Shown here in pieces: positions 8,981 through 20,789 of a stretch of 64,000 nt of DNA. The notes below the pieces were generated by a model, which was not told where the DNA came from, did no database searches, and saw nothing but the letters and a program-made list of their open reading frames with translations. This DNA comes from Novakomyces olei. Taxonomy: Eukaryota. The stretch is taken from assembly GCA_016906335.1 (NCBI GenBank), contig JADEYG010000002.1, forward strand, positions 62,001 through 126,000, read 5' to 3'. Positions within the stretch are counted from its first letter, which is position 1. Every line of letters starts with the position of its first letter. The position numbers were made by a program, and so were the translations under genes.

Positions 8981-11815
8981 TTGGTTACAAATCCACCAAG
9001 CAAATCGCCTATAATGAGACCAGTGATTGCAACATACGAGCCAATCGACCCACACAAGAAGTACAATATCAAAAAGTGGTATCCAAGCAAGAAGCTAATG
9101 ATGCCCTTAAAGCTGAAAATTGATGGACTTCTACACGCCAAAATGATATCAATTTCTACAGAAGAGCCAAGTGCCATATTATTTCCTATTCCTAAAGATA
9201 AGGACATGGTCAACAAGCTCACAGATCCAAAAGAGATCAAGAATTACCTGCGATTTGTCAATGACGCTAGACCTCGGAATGCGAACATGAAACGCTTTTA
9301 CATTCAGGTTCCTCGCATTGACGTTGTAGTTCAAGATATTGCCAGGGCAAAATACAGAACTAAGATTGACTTGAAGGAAGCTTTCTTCCAATCTAGAATA
9401 CAGCCTGGGCAAGAACATTATACGGCATTTTGGACGCCATTTGAAATATACCAATGGAATGTGATGCCACAAGGAGATCGAAACTCTACTGCTATACAAC
9501 AGCAGCTGATGGAGGAACTATTCAGACCTTACATTGGCATTTGGATGACAGTATATGTTGACGACATCATCATATACGATGACGATGTCCAAGAAAACTT
9601 GGATCACCTAGTGATTGTCTTTGGAATAATGTCTAAATGGGAACTATACGCTAGGCCAGCCAAAACCTTTCCATTCTGCAAAAGCTTTGTGGTACTAGGC
9701 AGACAGATCAGTGATGAAGGAATCAAAATGACTGAAAAATCAAGAAACTCCATACTACGACTAGAAACTCCAAAGAACATGAAACAAATACAGAGACTGG
9801 TGGGCATGCTAAACTGGATTTCAACGTTCATACCCAATTTATCGTCACACATCTCAACATTCACTGAAATGAAGGAGTTTTCCTGGGATGAAACTAAGCA
9901 GAAAGGATTTGACAAAATAAAGTCTGCAGTTCAGCAAGACATAATACTCAAGCCATTTAACCCAGAGCCTCTGAACAATGGAACAGAGAAATTATTCATG
10001 GGAATAGATGCCTCTCTGGTGGGCACTGGAGGTTGGCTAGGTCAAGGAAAAGAATGGCAAACATGCAGAATAATTGGGTTTACCTCTAAGAAACTTGGAA
10101 TAGCAGAATCCCACTATCCAGTTCACGAACTTGAATATCTAGCATGCATCAGAGCATTGGAGCATTTCGAAATATATGCTAGAGGATATCAGGTAAATTG
10201 TTTGACAGACAATAAAGCATTAAGTCGTCTTTTTTACTCGAAGAACGTTATGCTGTCGCGACGTCATCTACGATGGATGGATTTTTTGAATGAATTTGAC
10301 ATCAATATTATACACGTGCCAGGAACACTTAACGTCTTAGCAGACTTATTGTCACGCTCTCATTCACACTCAAAGGTCGCTGGAATCTCTATTGAACAAA
10401 CCCCAAATACAGATATAGATGTAGAGATACACAATCTCTATCTAAAGGATACATATTGGGCAGAAATACTTGCAATATTGAAAAGCAACGAAGAAAATCC
10501 AGATACCGAAAAACTTAAATCAAGATATTGTCTCAAAGATAATCTCATTCACCTCAAATTTGATGACCGAATCTGTATTCCTTCAGGCTTCACAAACAAG
10601 ATAATACAAGAACTTCACGACACATATCAAGGTGGACATGGAGGCATAAATAAGACAATAGCCGGTGTTGCGCGGACTTATTATTGGCCAGCAATGGCAA
10701 AAGAAATTAAGGACTATGTAAAGTCGTGCGAGACGTGCGCTAAGAGCAAAATTACACCTCACAAGCCCATTGGTTTACTATTAGAGCTGAACATACCAAA
10801 GGCTCGATGGGAAACCATTGGAATGGATTTTATTACGGGGCTTCCGTTATCTGGAAAGGAAAAATACGATGCAATAATTTGTATTGTTGACCGACTCACT
10901 AAACGCGCGCATTTTTGGCCAACACACACAACTATAACCGCTGAAGGCACAGCAGCTCTATTCTTGGATCGATATTTCTGCTTACATGGCCTACCAAAAA
11001 TAATTATTAGTGACCGAGATGTCAGGTTTATGTCAGAATTTTGGACACACCTCACAAAGGTTCTTGAAGTCAAACTTAAACCATCATCAAGCTATCACCC
11101 ACAAACAAATGGGCAAACGGAAAGAACAAACAGGGTTCTCGAAGATTACCTACGCCTATTTACATATGCCAATCGTAACAACTTCACATGGCACAAACTG
11201 CTTTCATTTGCAGAATTCTTTTATTCCTCAAGCAAACACTCTGCTATCACGATGACTCCATTTGAAGCTGACCTAGGATACAATCCAAGAAGCTTAAGTG
11301 ATCTTGCAATGTCTATTCCACAAAGTCAAGACAATTCATCATTCCTTGAAACTCTAGCAGCCAATCAAATACTCTGTCAAGATGCCATTCGAGCTGCACA
11401 TGACTTATCAAAAATTTATGCAGACAAAAACCGACTCAACATTGAATATGAAGTCAACGACTATGTATACCTGAGTACTGCAAACATTCGAGAAATACCT
11501 GAACTATTTCAACATAACTTGACAAGAAAACTTCAATCTAAATACATTGGACCATACAAAATTGTTAAAAAGGTCAGTCCAGTGGCATATGAACTGGAAC
11601 TACCCACAAATTTAAAATATCATTCAGTTGTTCATATCTCACAACTTAAAAAGCACAGTGCAATGACTGAACAGAACGAACGTGAACAACCAAAACCAAA
11701 AGCTTTGCGACGCTATAAAGATAATACAGAACTTTATGCTATACAAAGCATAGTTGATCACGCTTGGTTCAGAGCTGACGAAAAGTCTACAACACCTAAA
11801 AAAGGCTACGCCTAA
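8981..11815 (+). pseudogene. Disrupted pol of element B (RT-RNase H-IN)
   Basis: 944-codon frame homologous to A, with a ~60-bp deletion near 8972, a TTA>TAA stop within the chromodomain, and the 5' part cut off by insertions. Confidence 0.9.
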
Positions 11816-11943
11816 CTTTACTGAGTTCGCTGGGGAGGATACACTCCTGAAGAAGACACATGGGAGCCAAAACAACACCTACTACATTCCAGACAACTCC
11901 TCGACAACTACAATTCGACACATCTCGAATTAGTGGGGGAGGA

Positions 11944-12226
11944 TGTTAGGAGTGTAGATAATAAAAATAATTAAACATTACTTAAAGGGTCCTAAAACAA
12001 TCTAAAAACCTCGGCATTTGATTAATAATTAAGTACGCCATAGCGGAAGCTGACTCATGATTAGTCATGGCTGACTCATAATCAATCATGCCATTTCGGG
12101 CCTTCGGACAATGGATTATTAATCCGTTACAGGAGTCTATAAAAGGACACAGTTTCCCATAGTTTAGATACATACTTTTTCTATCTTTTTTTTATTTATT
12201 GGTTACAACAGTGAGTTATCCTCACA
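11944..12226 (+). repeat. 3' LTR of element B
   Basis: Diverged copy of LTR A with indels. Retains both TGACTCA sites, TATAAAAG and AACAGTGAGT. Confidence 0.92.
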
Positions 12227-12378
12227 CTCTCCCACTCGGGAGGAGGATGTTTCGACTTCTGTGACTGGCACTCTGGAAGACACGGAGATAATACAAACTG
12301 CTTCCACTCGGGAGGAGGAAAATACCAGCACAAATAGTCTGGACGATGACATAATGAGTACTAATAAAACGGAAAAAA

Positions 12379-14200
12379 ATGAAAAGCATGGACGCAAAGA
12401 GCAATTTAAACTCAGTAGATGTGACCGAGCTTTACGACCCAATGGAGGTCGGAGACGAGTCACTGAAAAGAAAAAGAGTGGGAGCCGAAGAATATATAGA
12501 CCCAGAGACGATTGTACTAAATGAGCTACCTCTAATTCGCCGGTCTGACAGACTTAAAGAGAAGGATCTAAAGAGGACACGTATACAACAACATAACATC
12601 TCTGGCCCATATCTGGCAAAAGACGTAATAATACCTGTAAGTGTAAAGCAGGCAATACATTCAAGACATGGCCAGGAATACAAAAGGGCTATGGAAGCGG
12701 AACTAGAGTCATTATTCGAAAAAAATGTAATTAAATCTCTAGATACAAATGAAGTTCCTAATAAAGTTGTGTCTACGAAATGGGTGTTCGCCGTGAATTC
12801 AAATCACTTAGGTGAAGTTACGAGGTTTAAAGCCCGGCTCGTTGCTCGTGGGAATGAGCAGACACAGATGATCTGGATACTTACGCTTCTACGCTTGGAT
12901 TTAAAGAGCTGCGCATGCTGTATGCACATGCTGCCATAAGAAAGGCTAAAATCCTAACACTCGACATTAAAACAGCATTTTTAAATGCGCCGATTGATGA
13001 GGAGCTATATATCAAAATAGCTCACGAAGGGGGTAATCCAGAGATATACAAAGTGCAAAAAGCACTCTACGGTTTTCGACAATCGCCACGACTCTGGTAC
13101 AACATGTACAAAGATTTTTTGGAGGACGAACTTGGCTTTTCCCGTACAGGCAAGGAGAAAATATCTTTATCAGATCTACGGGGATGTTTCTATGTGTCGT
13201 CGCTATTTATGTAGATGACACAATGGTCATCTGTGAAAATGAGAGCATGAGCCTAGCTGTGATTGAAAAAACCCAGCTCAAATTTGAGACTGATGAGGCC
13301 GAACCTATTACTAAATTCCTGGTGATTGAGACTACACAGTCGCCCACGCTGGACACTGTTTCAGTGTGCGCAAAGGAATATATTCGAAAACTATTGGTTA
13401 GATTCGAAACCGGAGAATACTATTCACAGAAGAGACCATCCAGTAAAGTGCCTTTGCTAGCAGAAGAAGGTAGCCCTGGTGCACGTTTACTAGAAGGTCA
13501 AGAAGTAAAAAGATATCAAAGCCTAGTAGGATCCTTGAGATACGTCACCACTGTTGCAAGACCCGACATTGCAAATGCAGTAAGGCGAGTATCATATGGA
13601 TTGCAAGGACCTACAGTTCACAACATGAGAATGGCAGAAAAAATATTAGGATATCTAAAGTCTACTATGAGTTTTTGTCTAACCTATCATCCTAGAAAGG
13701 ATATAGACAAACAGCTTTCGGTCTACACTGATGCAAGCTTTGCTAGCTCAGAAGACAATGGAAAGTCTTGCATGGGAATTGCTATTCTCATGGCTGAAGC
13801 TCCAGTGTATTGGGAAAGCAAGACAATCAGGGATTACAAAGGTAGGTCAATGGATACAGAGCTAGTGGCGCTATACGAGGGTCTAAATCAGGCCAGGCAC
13901 CTACACTTTATACTCCATCAATTGGAGCATAATCAACTCCAAGAAATACAAGTATTTGAAGATAACACAGGTGTTATTGAAACCCTACGACGAAACAAGC
14001 CATACGGAGGCCACCCTGCTCTCCAAAATAAGGCAGAGGCATTAAAGGCATGTGTGCAAAACCGTGAAGCAAATATATGCTATATTTGCACGGACGAACA
14101 GTTGGCAGATGGATTTACAAAGGTACTTTCAGTTAATAAAATGCAGGAATTTGTGTCACGACTAGGGATGAATTCAAATACAGGGACAGCGAACGCATGA
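12379..14200 (+). pseudogene. Frameshifted Copia RT-RNase H
   Basis: Motifs split over three frames: KWVF..RFKARLVARG; DIKTAFLNA and KALYGFRQSPRLWY; YVDD, YTDAS, FEDN, QLADGFTK. Confidence 0.92.
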
Positions 14201-14301
14201 GGAGGAGCGTTGGGTTAAAACATGCGTACACTAACTAACCCTAACTAACCCTATATCTAGTAGACAATTGTGTTATATATTTATGTATTTAGATATATAG
14301 A

Positions 14302-14690
14302 TGTTACGGGTCGGCCCGCAACTAGGTGACTCACGGCTTGAGTCCAGCCGCGACGACGAGTAATCCCCTTGGGCGGCAGATAGCACGCTGCCTTTCGATA
14401 GGGGTTCCGGTGAGTGAAGACTAAGGGAACTACAGCTAGAAACTAAGCCTATTCTCCTAAGACACCTGGAGACTTCAAGTTGTAGCTTATGATATTGCGT
14501 AGTGTAAAAAGTCTTCCTCGAAGCCTTTTATACACTACGACTCCCATGGAACTAAGTAATAGCACAAGGTGGTGCTGTATAGCACTACCTAGTGCTATGG
14601 CTATGAAATACTATATAAAACAATATAGTCCTCACCCTTAAGTAATGCAGCATTCGCTGTCTTACTTAAGGCCATGTCACACTCGTGACA
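14302..14690. mobile_element. Solo LTR (389 bp) inserted in the Copia-1 3' LTR
   Basis: TGTTACG...CGTGACA ends, TSD ATAGA at 14297-14301 and 14691-14695. Confidence 0.85.
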
Positions 14691-14939
14691 ATAGATATGT
14701 CAGATAGTTCTAGTCAATGTGTTCTTGCAGTAACTAGAAGATTAAGATTAATTCTACCACACATCCGCTGTAAAAGTTTTATTTGTATTTATTATATTCT
14801 TAAGCCAGTCATATTTATTTGTAATGTGGACTCCGGCTCCGGAGTCCAGTATAAATGTAGAGTTATTCGAGGCTTTATCCTTTATTTTTCTCGTGTTCAT
14901 TGCCATAAATGCAATCTTTGGTTTATTCTTATTGCCTGG

Positions 14940-15299
14940 TGTTAGGCCATAGTGTAGATAGTAAAAATAAAATTAAAAATGACATAATTAAATTAAATTA
15001 ATTCACTCCAAATAGGGAATTTAACCGATTTGGAGGAATATTTAATTACTAATCATTAAATCAAGCCACTGATCGGGTATCTGTATCTTATCAATGATAA
15101 GGTGATTACTAATTGATCGGTTACTTCTGATCCTATCTGATTACTAATTGATAGGAAAGTCTTGATCCTATCTCTTGGCAAATTACGAAGATAAGAGCTG
15201 AGCCTTGAAGTCTATAAAAGGACAAGGTTTTCCATAGTTTAAGGGTAGATTTAATTAATCTAAAAGTTATAACAGTGAGTAATTTCCACAGTTATAACA
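14940..15299 (+). repeat. 5' LTR of element C
   Basis: TGTTAGG...GTTATAACA, TATAAAAG at 15213, direct repeat of 20370-20729. Confidence 0.97.
15046..15147 (+). promoter_or_regulatory. Three YAP/Pap1-type response elements in LTR C
   Basis: TTACTAA at 15046-15052, 15106-15112 and 15141-15147, upstream of the TATA box. Confidence 0.5.
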
Positions 15300-16029
15300 A
15301 CTTTTTTCACTGCTAACATTGTCAGTGAATCCGTCAGGAGACAGCCGACGGCCTCGCATTGTCTACTCTGAGACATTTGCAAATCTCTTGAAGCAGGCAA
15401 AAACCGATCCAAAGGTTGTTGTCTCGGCTGGCTCTATCCGCCGAAGCAATACACCTAAGGATAAGGATAAAACCTCTGTGTCTGGACTTACCGACCAGAG
15501 TGCCCACTCAGAGAAAAATACCTCGATTCATCAATTGAATAAGAGGAAAGAAAGAAACGCTCGCCGATCGCAGGCATTCAAAGAGCGTAAACTCAACGAT
15601 CGAATTTCCAAGGGGCCTGAATCAATTGCTGCTATTGCGGCAAAGGTGCTCAGAAAACCTCCTCCACCAGCGCCGAGACTTGGTCCTTACCCAGCTCTTA
15701 CAGCTCCTTCAGTTTCGCCGGCCACTATTTCTACTACAACTCCTCGTTTACCTCTATCAGCGGAAGAAGTTTTTCGAAAACAAGCGCACTGGACAAGCAA
15801 AGCGGCGGCCAATCTACGTTACGAGGAAACATACAACAAATTGGTGGCCAATCGCATTCAAGAGCTACACAATAGGAAGAAAACAAAATATCTTCTGGAC
15901 AACATCGTTGAGGACAGATTCAAAATTCGTCTCTACAGAGGAGAAGATCCAAACAAAGTTGAGAAGGATTATTACGATCACTTGAAAAGTGGACAGCAAT
16001 CACCAGCGTTTTTTAATACTTTGTATTAG
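15274..16029 (+). CDS. Accessory ORF0 of element C, 234 aa; join(15274,15326..16029)
   Basis: No internal Met. Homologous to ORF0 of A (FANLL.QAKTDP, RNARRS.AFKERK, AHWTSK, KKTKYLLDNIVED, GEDP.KVEKDYY). Confidence 0.85.
15275..15325 (+). other. Predicted 51-nt spliceosomal intron spanning the LTR end and PBS region of C
   Basis: Donor GTGAGT 15275-15280, branch GCTAAC 15312-15317, acceptor CAG 15323-15325. Removal gives TAAC-A|TG-AAT-CCG, in frame with ORF0. Confidence 0.8.
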
Positions 16030-16095
16030 TCTTTTATATTTAATATATTTAATTCTTTATCAATTTAATTTAAATTGATTAAAATATATTCTAAA

Positions 16096-19000
16096 ATGGA
16101 CTTCAAAATCAAGCTGCCTGAACCAGCAAAGCTGAATGGTCATTCAATGACCCATAGGGAGTTCCAATCATGGAGAGGCTCTATGGTTAAATGGCTGACA
16201 TATGCCAAAGCAGGAGGCAGTGTCACCGGGATTTCAGATATAGACTTAATTAGCATGTTCCTCGAATCGAACGCTACAATCTATGCTGAAGAACTCAGGG
16301 ACAATGCTAGTGTAACGACAGATCAGATGCTTGATCATCTGGAGCGAAGCATTGTACCCAACGACTATTTACCACGCGCTTACAGCAAGTTTGTTACCTT
16401 CGCTCAAGGAACAAAAAGCATTAGCCAATATGCCACGCAACTTAAATTGAAATCAATGGAACTAGAAATAGTTAACGAAGCCATCTTGATTCAACAATTC
16501 ATCCATGGGCTAAATGAGAGAACAAAGCCTCAAATAATGGGATCTTTGAGAAGTGCATTTGGAAACCAGTCGGGAAACAACACAGGAATGACGAAATGGA
16601 AATGGCAAAGTGTGGTTGATGTGGCAACAGGCTACGATTTTACTGCAACAAGACCATACGTAGGAAACATGAATCCTAAACAAGGCAACCAACAAACTGA
16701 AACAAAGGCAACTACTTCTGAGAAGAAAGAACCAGAGAAGCCAGCCCTCAGAACAAGATGTACCTTTTGTCGCCGCACTGGGCACACGTACGAGCAATGC
16801 TTTAAACGAAAGAATCAATCAACCATCAGTGCTCTTAAAGAAGATTCTGGAATAGTTAGCGAAGAAATCAAACTTGATTACAATTGTTCTGCTGTCCAAA
16901 ACACAAACCAACAATTTCTAGTTAATTTACCTGTGGAAATAAATGATAAAAAAATCAAATGTCAGGTCCTGATTGATACTGGAAGTGATATTGACGTTAT
17001 TGACTCAAACTTTTGCAATGTTCACCGACCAACATACAAAGAAAGTGACCACAAAATTCAAATGGCCTTTCAAGGATCGAAAACTGTGAGCAGATATATG
17101 GCCAAAGTCATGTTCAAGGGGAGCGAGTTAAATTGCGCCGTTGCAAGACTTAGAACTTCTGATCTATTGATTGGCATGGGAACACTAAGTAAGCTTGGGG
17201 CAATTGTGAACACTCGCAAACGACATATACAATGGCAGGACGATGCAAATGAAAGAAGGTTTGTCAAGCCAGAAGTACTTCCTGTAGTCAGCTCAATAAC
17301 AATTGATTACAACAAGAGAATTGAAGTCCAACAAGTTACAAATGAGGACTTGGTTGACCCAGAAAAAGTACTGCAGATACTTCAAGACAAGTTTGATCAA
17401 ACTTTGATCAAGGATCCTCCAAGCAAGTTGCCTATAATGAGACCTGTGGTTGCTACATATGAGCCAATTGATCCAGAAAAAAGGTATAACATAAAAAAGT
17501 GGTACCCAAGCAAAAAGCTTATGTTGCCTCTGAAAGTAAAGATTGATGAGCTTTTAGAGGCAAAGATGATCTCAATCTCTAGCGAAGAACCTAGTGCAAT
17601 ATTGTTTCCAATTCCCAAAGACAAAGAAATGGTTAACAAGCTAACAGATCCTAAAGAAATAATTAAATATTTGAGATTTGTTAATGATGCTCGACCTCGC
17701 AATGCAAACATGAAGCGTTTCTACATTCAAGTACCACGTATTGACATAGTTGTACAAGACATTGCCCGAGCAAAATACAGAACTAAGATTGATTTGAAGG
17801 ACGCTTTCTTTCAATCAAGAATACAACCCGGACAGGAACACTACACGGCATTCTGGACACCATTTGGGATATATCAGTGGAACGTCATGCCTCAAGGAGA
17901 TCGTAATTCCACTGCTATACAGCAACAACTTATGGAGGAGCTCTTCAGACCTTACATTGGAATATGGATGACAGTCTATGTCGATGACATAATAATATAT
18001 GACGATGATGTCCAAGCACATCTGGACTATCTGGTGCTAGTTTTTTGTATTATGTCAAAGTGGGAACTATACGCGAGTCCAACCAAAACATTTCCGTTTT
18101 GCAAGAACTTTGTTGTGCTGGGGAGACAAATTAGTGATGAAGGAATCAAAATGACTGATAAATCAAAAAACTCCATACTGCGACTGGAACCACCAAAGAA
18201 TATTAAGCAAGTACAAAGATTGGTTGGAATGCTGAATTGGGTTTCAACGTTCATACCAAACTTATCCTCACACATTTCAACATTCACTGAGATGAAGGAG
18301 TTTTCTTGGGACGAAACAAAACAAAAAGGCTTTGATAAAATCAAGAAAGCAGTTCAGCACGACATAGTACTTTCACCATTTGACCCTGAGCCCCTGAATA
18401 ATGGTACAGAAAAACTATTCATGGGAATAGATGCTTCACTAGTTGGTACAGGTGGATGGCTAGGACAAGGACAAGACTGGAGAAAATGCAGAGTAATAGG
18501 CTTCACGTCGAAAAAATTAGGGATAGCTGAATCACACTATCCTGTACATGAACTTGAATATCTTGCATGCATACGAGCTCTTGATCATTTTGAAATATAT
18601 GCTCGAGGTTACCAAGTCAATTGTTTAACAGACAACAAAGCTCTGAGTCGCCTCCTTTACTCCAAAAATGTTATGCTTTCACGAAGACACCTTAGATGGA
18701 TGGATTTTTTGAATGAGTTCGATATTAATATTATTCATGTTCCTGGAACTGAAAATATCTTGGCTGATCTACTTTCAAGAACACACGGAAAAACAGCTGA
18801 TGTAGGTGCAATTTCCGTACAAATCTCGCCCCAGAATAATTTAAAATTTGAGCTGGCCTACGAAAAGGACAAACATTGGTCCAAAATACTCACTATTTTG
18901 AAAAATCCAAACAATTTTGCAGACAACGAAAGCGTAAAAATCAAATCGCGCTACTACATCCAAGACGGTATAATACATCTCAAATACGATGATAGAATCT

Positions 19001-20382
19001 GCCTACCAACAGATTTCACAAACATCATAATAAGAGAATCACATGACACCTACCAAGGAGGGCATGGAGGCATAAAGAAAACAATAGCAGGCGTAGGCCG
19101 CAAATACTACTGGCCAGGTATGGCAAAAGAAATAAATGAATATGTCAGATCATGTGAAACGTGTGCTAAAAGCAAAATTATACCTCAAAAGCCAATTGGA
19201 CTATTGCAAGAACTCGATATACCGAGTAATCGTTGGCAAACAATAGGCATGGACTTCATCACTGGACTACCAGCTTCGGGGACTCAAAAGTTTGATGCTA
19301 TAATTTGCATAGTTGATCGTCTAACCAAAAGAGCTCATTTCTGGCCCACGCACACAACTGTAACAGCACAAGGAACTGCACAGCTATTTTTGGAAAGATA
19401 CTTCTGTCTACACGGCTTACCAACTGCAATAATAAGTGACAGAGATGTAAGATTTATGTCTGAATTTTGGCAGACACTTACAAAAATTCTTCAAATCAAA
19501 CTGAAGCCATCATCAAGCTATCACCCACAGTCCAACGGTCAAACCGAACGTACAAATCGTGTATTGGAAGACTATCTTCGTCTTTTCATTTATGCCAATA
19601 AAAACAACTTCAGCTGGCACACATTATTATCGTTTGCCGAATTCTTTTACTCTTCAAGCCAACACTCCGCCATATCAATGACACCCTTTGAGGCGGATCT
19701 TGGCTACATCCCACGCAGTCTTACTGACTTATCAATGCCCGAAACACCGAACAAAGATACTTCCTCTTTTATAAACACTCTGGAGGCCAACAAAATTCTT
19801 TGTCAAGATGCTATCAGAACAGCACATGATTTATCAAAAATCTATGCGGATGAAAAGCGACTAAATGTTGAATATAATGTTAATGACCTGGCTTATTTAA
19901 GCACAGCCAACATACGAGAAATACCGGAGCTATTCCACGATGTTCTCACACGAAAATTACAATCAAAATACATTGGTCCATTCAAAATTATTCAAAAAAT
20001 CAGTCCTGTTTCATATGAATTGGAACTACCAACATCCATAAAATATCATCCCGTTGTTCACATTTCTCAATTAAAGAAACATCATCCAATGAACAGTCAC
20101 AACACCAGAGAACAACCTAAGCCTAAAGCTCTGCGACGCTACAAAGACAACACAGAATTATATGTAATTAAACAAATCGTTGATCATGGATGGTTCAAAG
20201 GATCTAAAAAATCCAATACACCGAAACAGGGGTATAAGCTTTTATACCGAATCCGCTGGGAAGGCTATGGACCTGAAGACGATACATGGGAACCTAAATC
20301 TCACTTGGCTAACTCAACCAACCTGCTGAACAACTACAATTCGACACATCTCGAATCAGTGGGGGAGGATGTTAGGCCATAG
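16096..20382 (+). CDS. gag-pol: Single-ORF Gag-Pol of element C with chromodomain
   Basis: First ATG at 16096 (MDFKIKLPEP, as in A). CCHC, LIDTGS, YVDD, RNase H, integrase, YIGPF and YRIRWEGYGPEDDTWEP. Confidence 0.97.
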   Translation: MDFKIKLPEPAKLNGHSMTHREFQSWRGSMVKWLTYAKAGGSVTGISDIDLISMFLESNATIYAEELRDNASVTTDQMLDHLERSIVPNDYLPRAYSKFVTFAQGTKSISQYATQLKLKSMELEIVNEAILIQQFIHGLNERTKPQIMGSLRSAFGNQSGNNTGMTKWKWQSVVDVATGYDFTATRPYVGNMNPKQGNQQTETKATTSEKKEPEKPALRTRCTFCRRTGHTYEQCFKRKNQSTISALKEDSGIVSEEIKLDYNCSAVQNTNQQFLVNLPVEINDKKIKCQVLIDTGSDIDVIDSNFCNVHRPTYKESDHKIQMAFQGSKTVSRYMAKVMFKGSELNCAVARLRTSDLLIGMGTLSKLGAIVNTRKRHIQWQDDANERRFVKPEVLPVVSSITIDYNKRIEVQQVTNEDLVDPEKVLQILQDKFDQTLIKDPPSKLPIMRPVVATYEPIDPEKRYNIKKWYPSKKLMLPLKVKIDELLEAKMISISSEEPSAILFPIPKDKEMVNKLTDPKEIIKYLRFVNDARPRNANMKRFYIQVPRIDIVVQDIARAKYRTKIDLKDAFFQSRIQPGQEHYTAFWTPFGIYQWNVMPQGDRNSTAIQQQLMEELFRPYIGIWMTVYVDDIIIYDDDVQAHLDYLVLVFCIMSKWELYASPTKTFPFCKNFVVLGRQISDEGIKMTDKSKNSILRLEPPKNIKQVQRLVGMLNWVSTFIPNLSSHISTFTEMKEFSWDETKQKGFDKIKKAVQHDIVLSPFDPEPLNNGTEKLFMGIDASLVGTGGWLGQGQDWRKCRVIGFTSKKLGIAESHYPVHELEYLACIRALDHFEIYARGYQVNCLTDNKALSRLLYSKNVMLSRRHLRWMDFLNEFDINIIHVPGTENILADLLSRTHGKTADVGAISVQISPQNNLKFELAYEKDKHWSKILTILKNPNNFADNESVKIKSRYYIQDGIIHLKYDDRICLPTDFTNIIIRESHDTYQGGHGGIKKTIAGVGRKYYWPGMAKEINEYVRSCETCAKSKIIPQKPIGLLQELDIPSNRWQTIGMDFITGLPASGTQKFDAIICIVDRLTKRAHFWPTHTTVTAQGTAQLFLERYFCLHGLPTAIISDRDVRFMSEFWQTLTKILQIKLKPSSSYHPQSNGQTERTNRVLEDYLRLFIYANKNNFSWHTLLSFAEFFYSSSQHSAISMTPFEADLGYIPRSLTDLSMPETPNKDTSSFINTLEANKILCQDAIRTAHDLSKIYADEKRLNVEYNVNDLAYLSTANIREIPELFHDVLTRKLQSKYIGPFKIIQKISPVSYELELPTSIKYHPVVHISQLKKHHPMNSHNTREQPKPKALRRYKDNTELYVIKQIVDHGWFKGSKKSNTPKQGYKLLYRIRWEGYGPEDDTWEPKSHLANSTNLLNNYNSTHLESVGEDVRP

Positions 20383-20729
20383 TGTAGATAGTAAAAATAA
20401 AATTAAAAATGACATAATTAAATTAAATTAATTCACTCCAAATAGGGAATTTAACCGATTTGGAGGAATATTTAATTACTAATCATTAAATCAAGCCACT
20501 GATCGGGTATCTGTATCTTATCAATGATAAGGTGATTACTAATTGATCGGTTACTTCTGATCCTATCTGATTACTAATTGATAGGAAAGTCTTGATCCTA
20601 TCTCTTGGCAAATTACGAAGATAAGAGCTGAGCCTTGAAGTCTATAAAAGGACAAGGTTTTCCATAGTTTAAGGGTAGATTTAATTAATCTAAAAGTTAT
20701 AACAGTGAGTAATTTCCACAGTTATAACA
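20370..20729 (+). repeat. 3' LTR of element C
   Basis: Direct repeat of 14940-15299, followed by TSD CCTGG. Confidence 0.97.
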
Positions 20730-20789
20730 CCTGGCTTTCCATTCAGGAACCAGCAGTTTCTTTTGATATGCCCGACTTTGTTACAATGG

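Larger units (their letters stand above)
8955..12226 (+). mobile_element. 3' part of disrupted chromodomain Gypsy element B (A family)
   Basis: Close match to A pol, PPT at ~11932-11943, diverged LTR 11944-12226 ending CCTCACA, followed by Copia pol sequence. Confidence 0.93.
12227..14761 (+). mobile_element. 3' part of decayed Ty1/Copia element 1
   Basis: Copia RT/RNase H motifs, PPT GAGGAGGAG at 14199-14207, LTR from 14208 (CGTTGGG, TG apparently mutated) to ~14761 (CTACCACA). Confidence 0.85.
14940..20729 (+). mobile_element. Full-length chromodomain Ty3/Gypsy element C (sister family of A)
   Basis: 360-bp LTRs 14940-15299 and 20370-20729, identical by inspection, TSD CCTGG (14935-14939 and 20730-20734), PPT AGTGGGGGAGGA, intact ORFs. 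Confidence 0.97.

Noticed and set aside
4837-18344. Antisense ORFs shared among A, B and C (e.g. 5622-5957, 6321-6632, 18027-18344)
   Set aside because: Shadows of the conserved pol reading frame, with no independent evidence.
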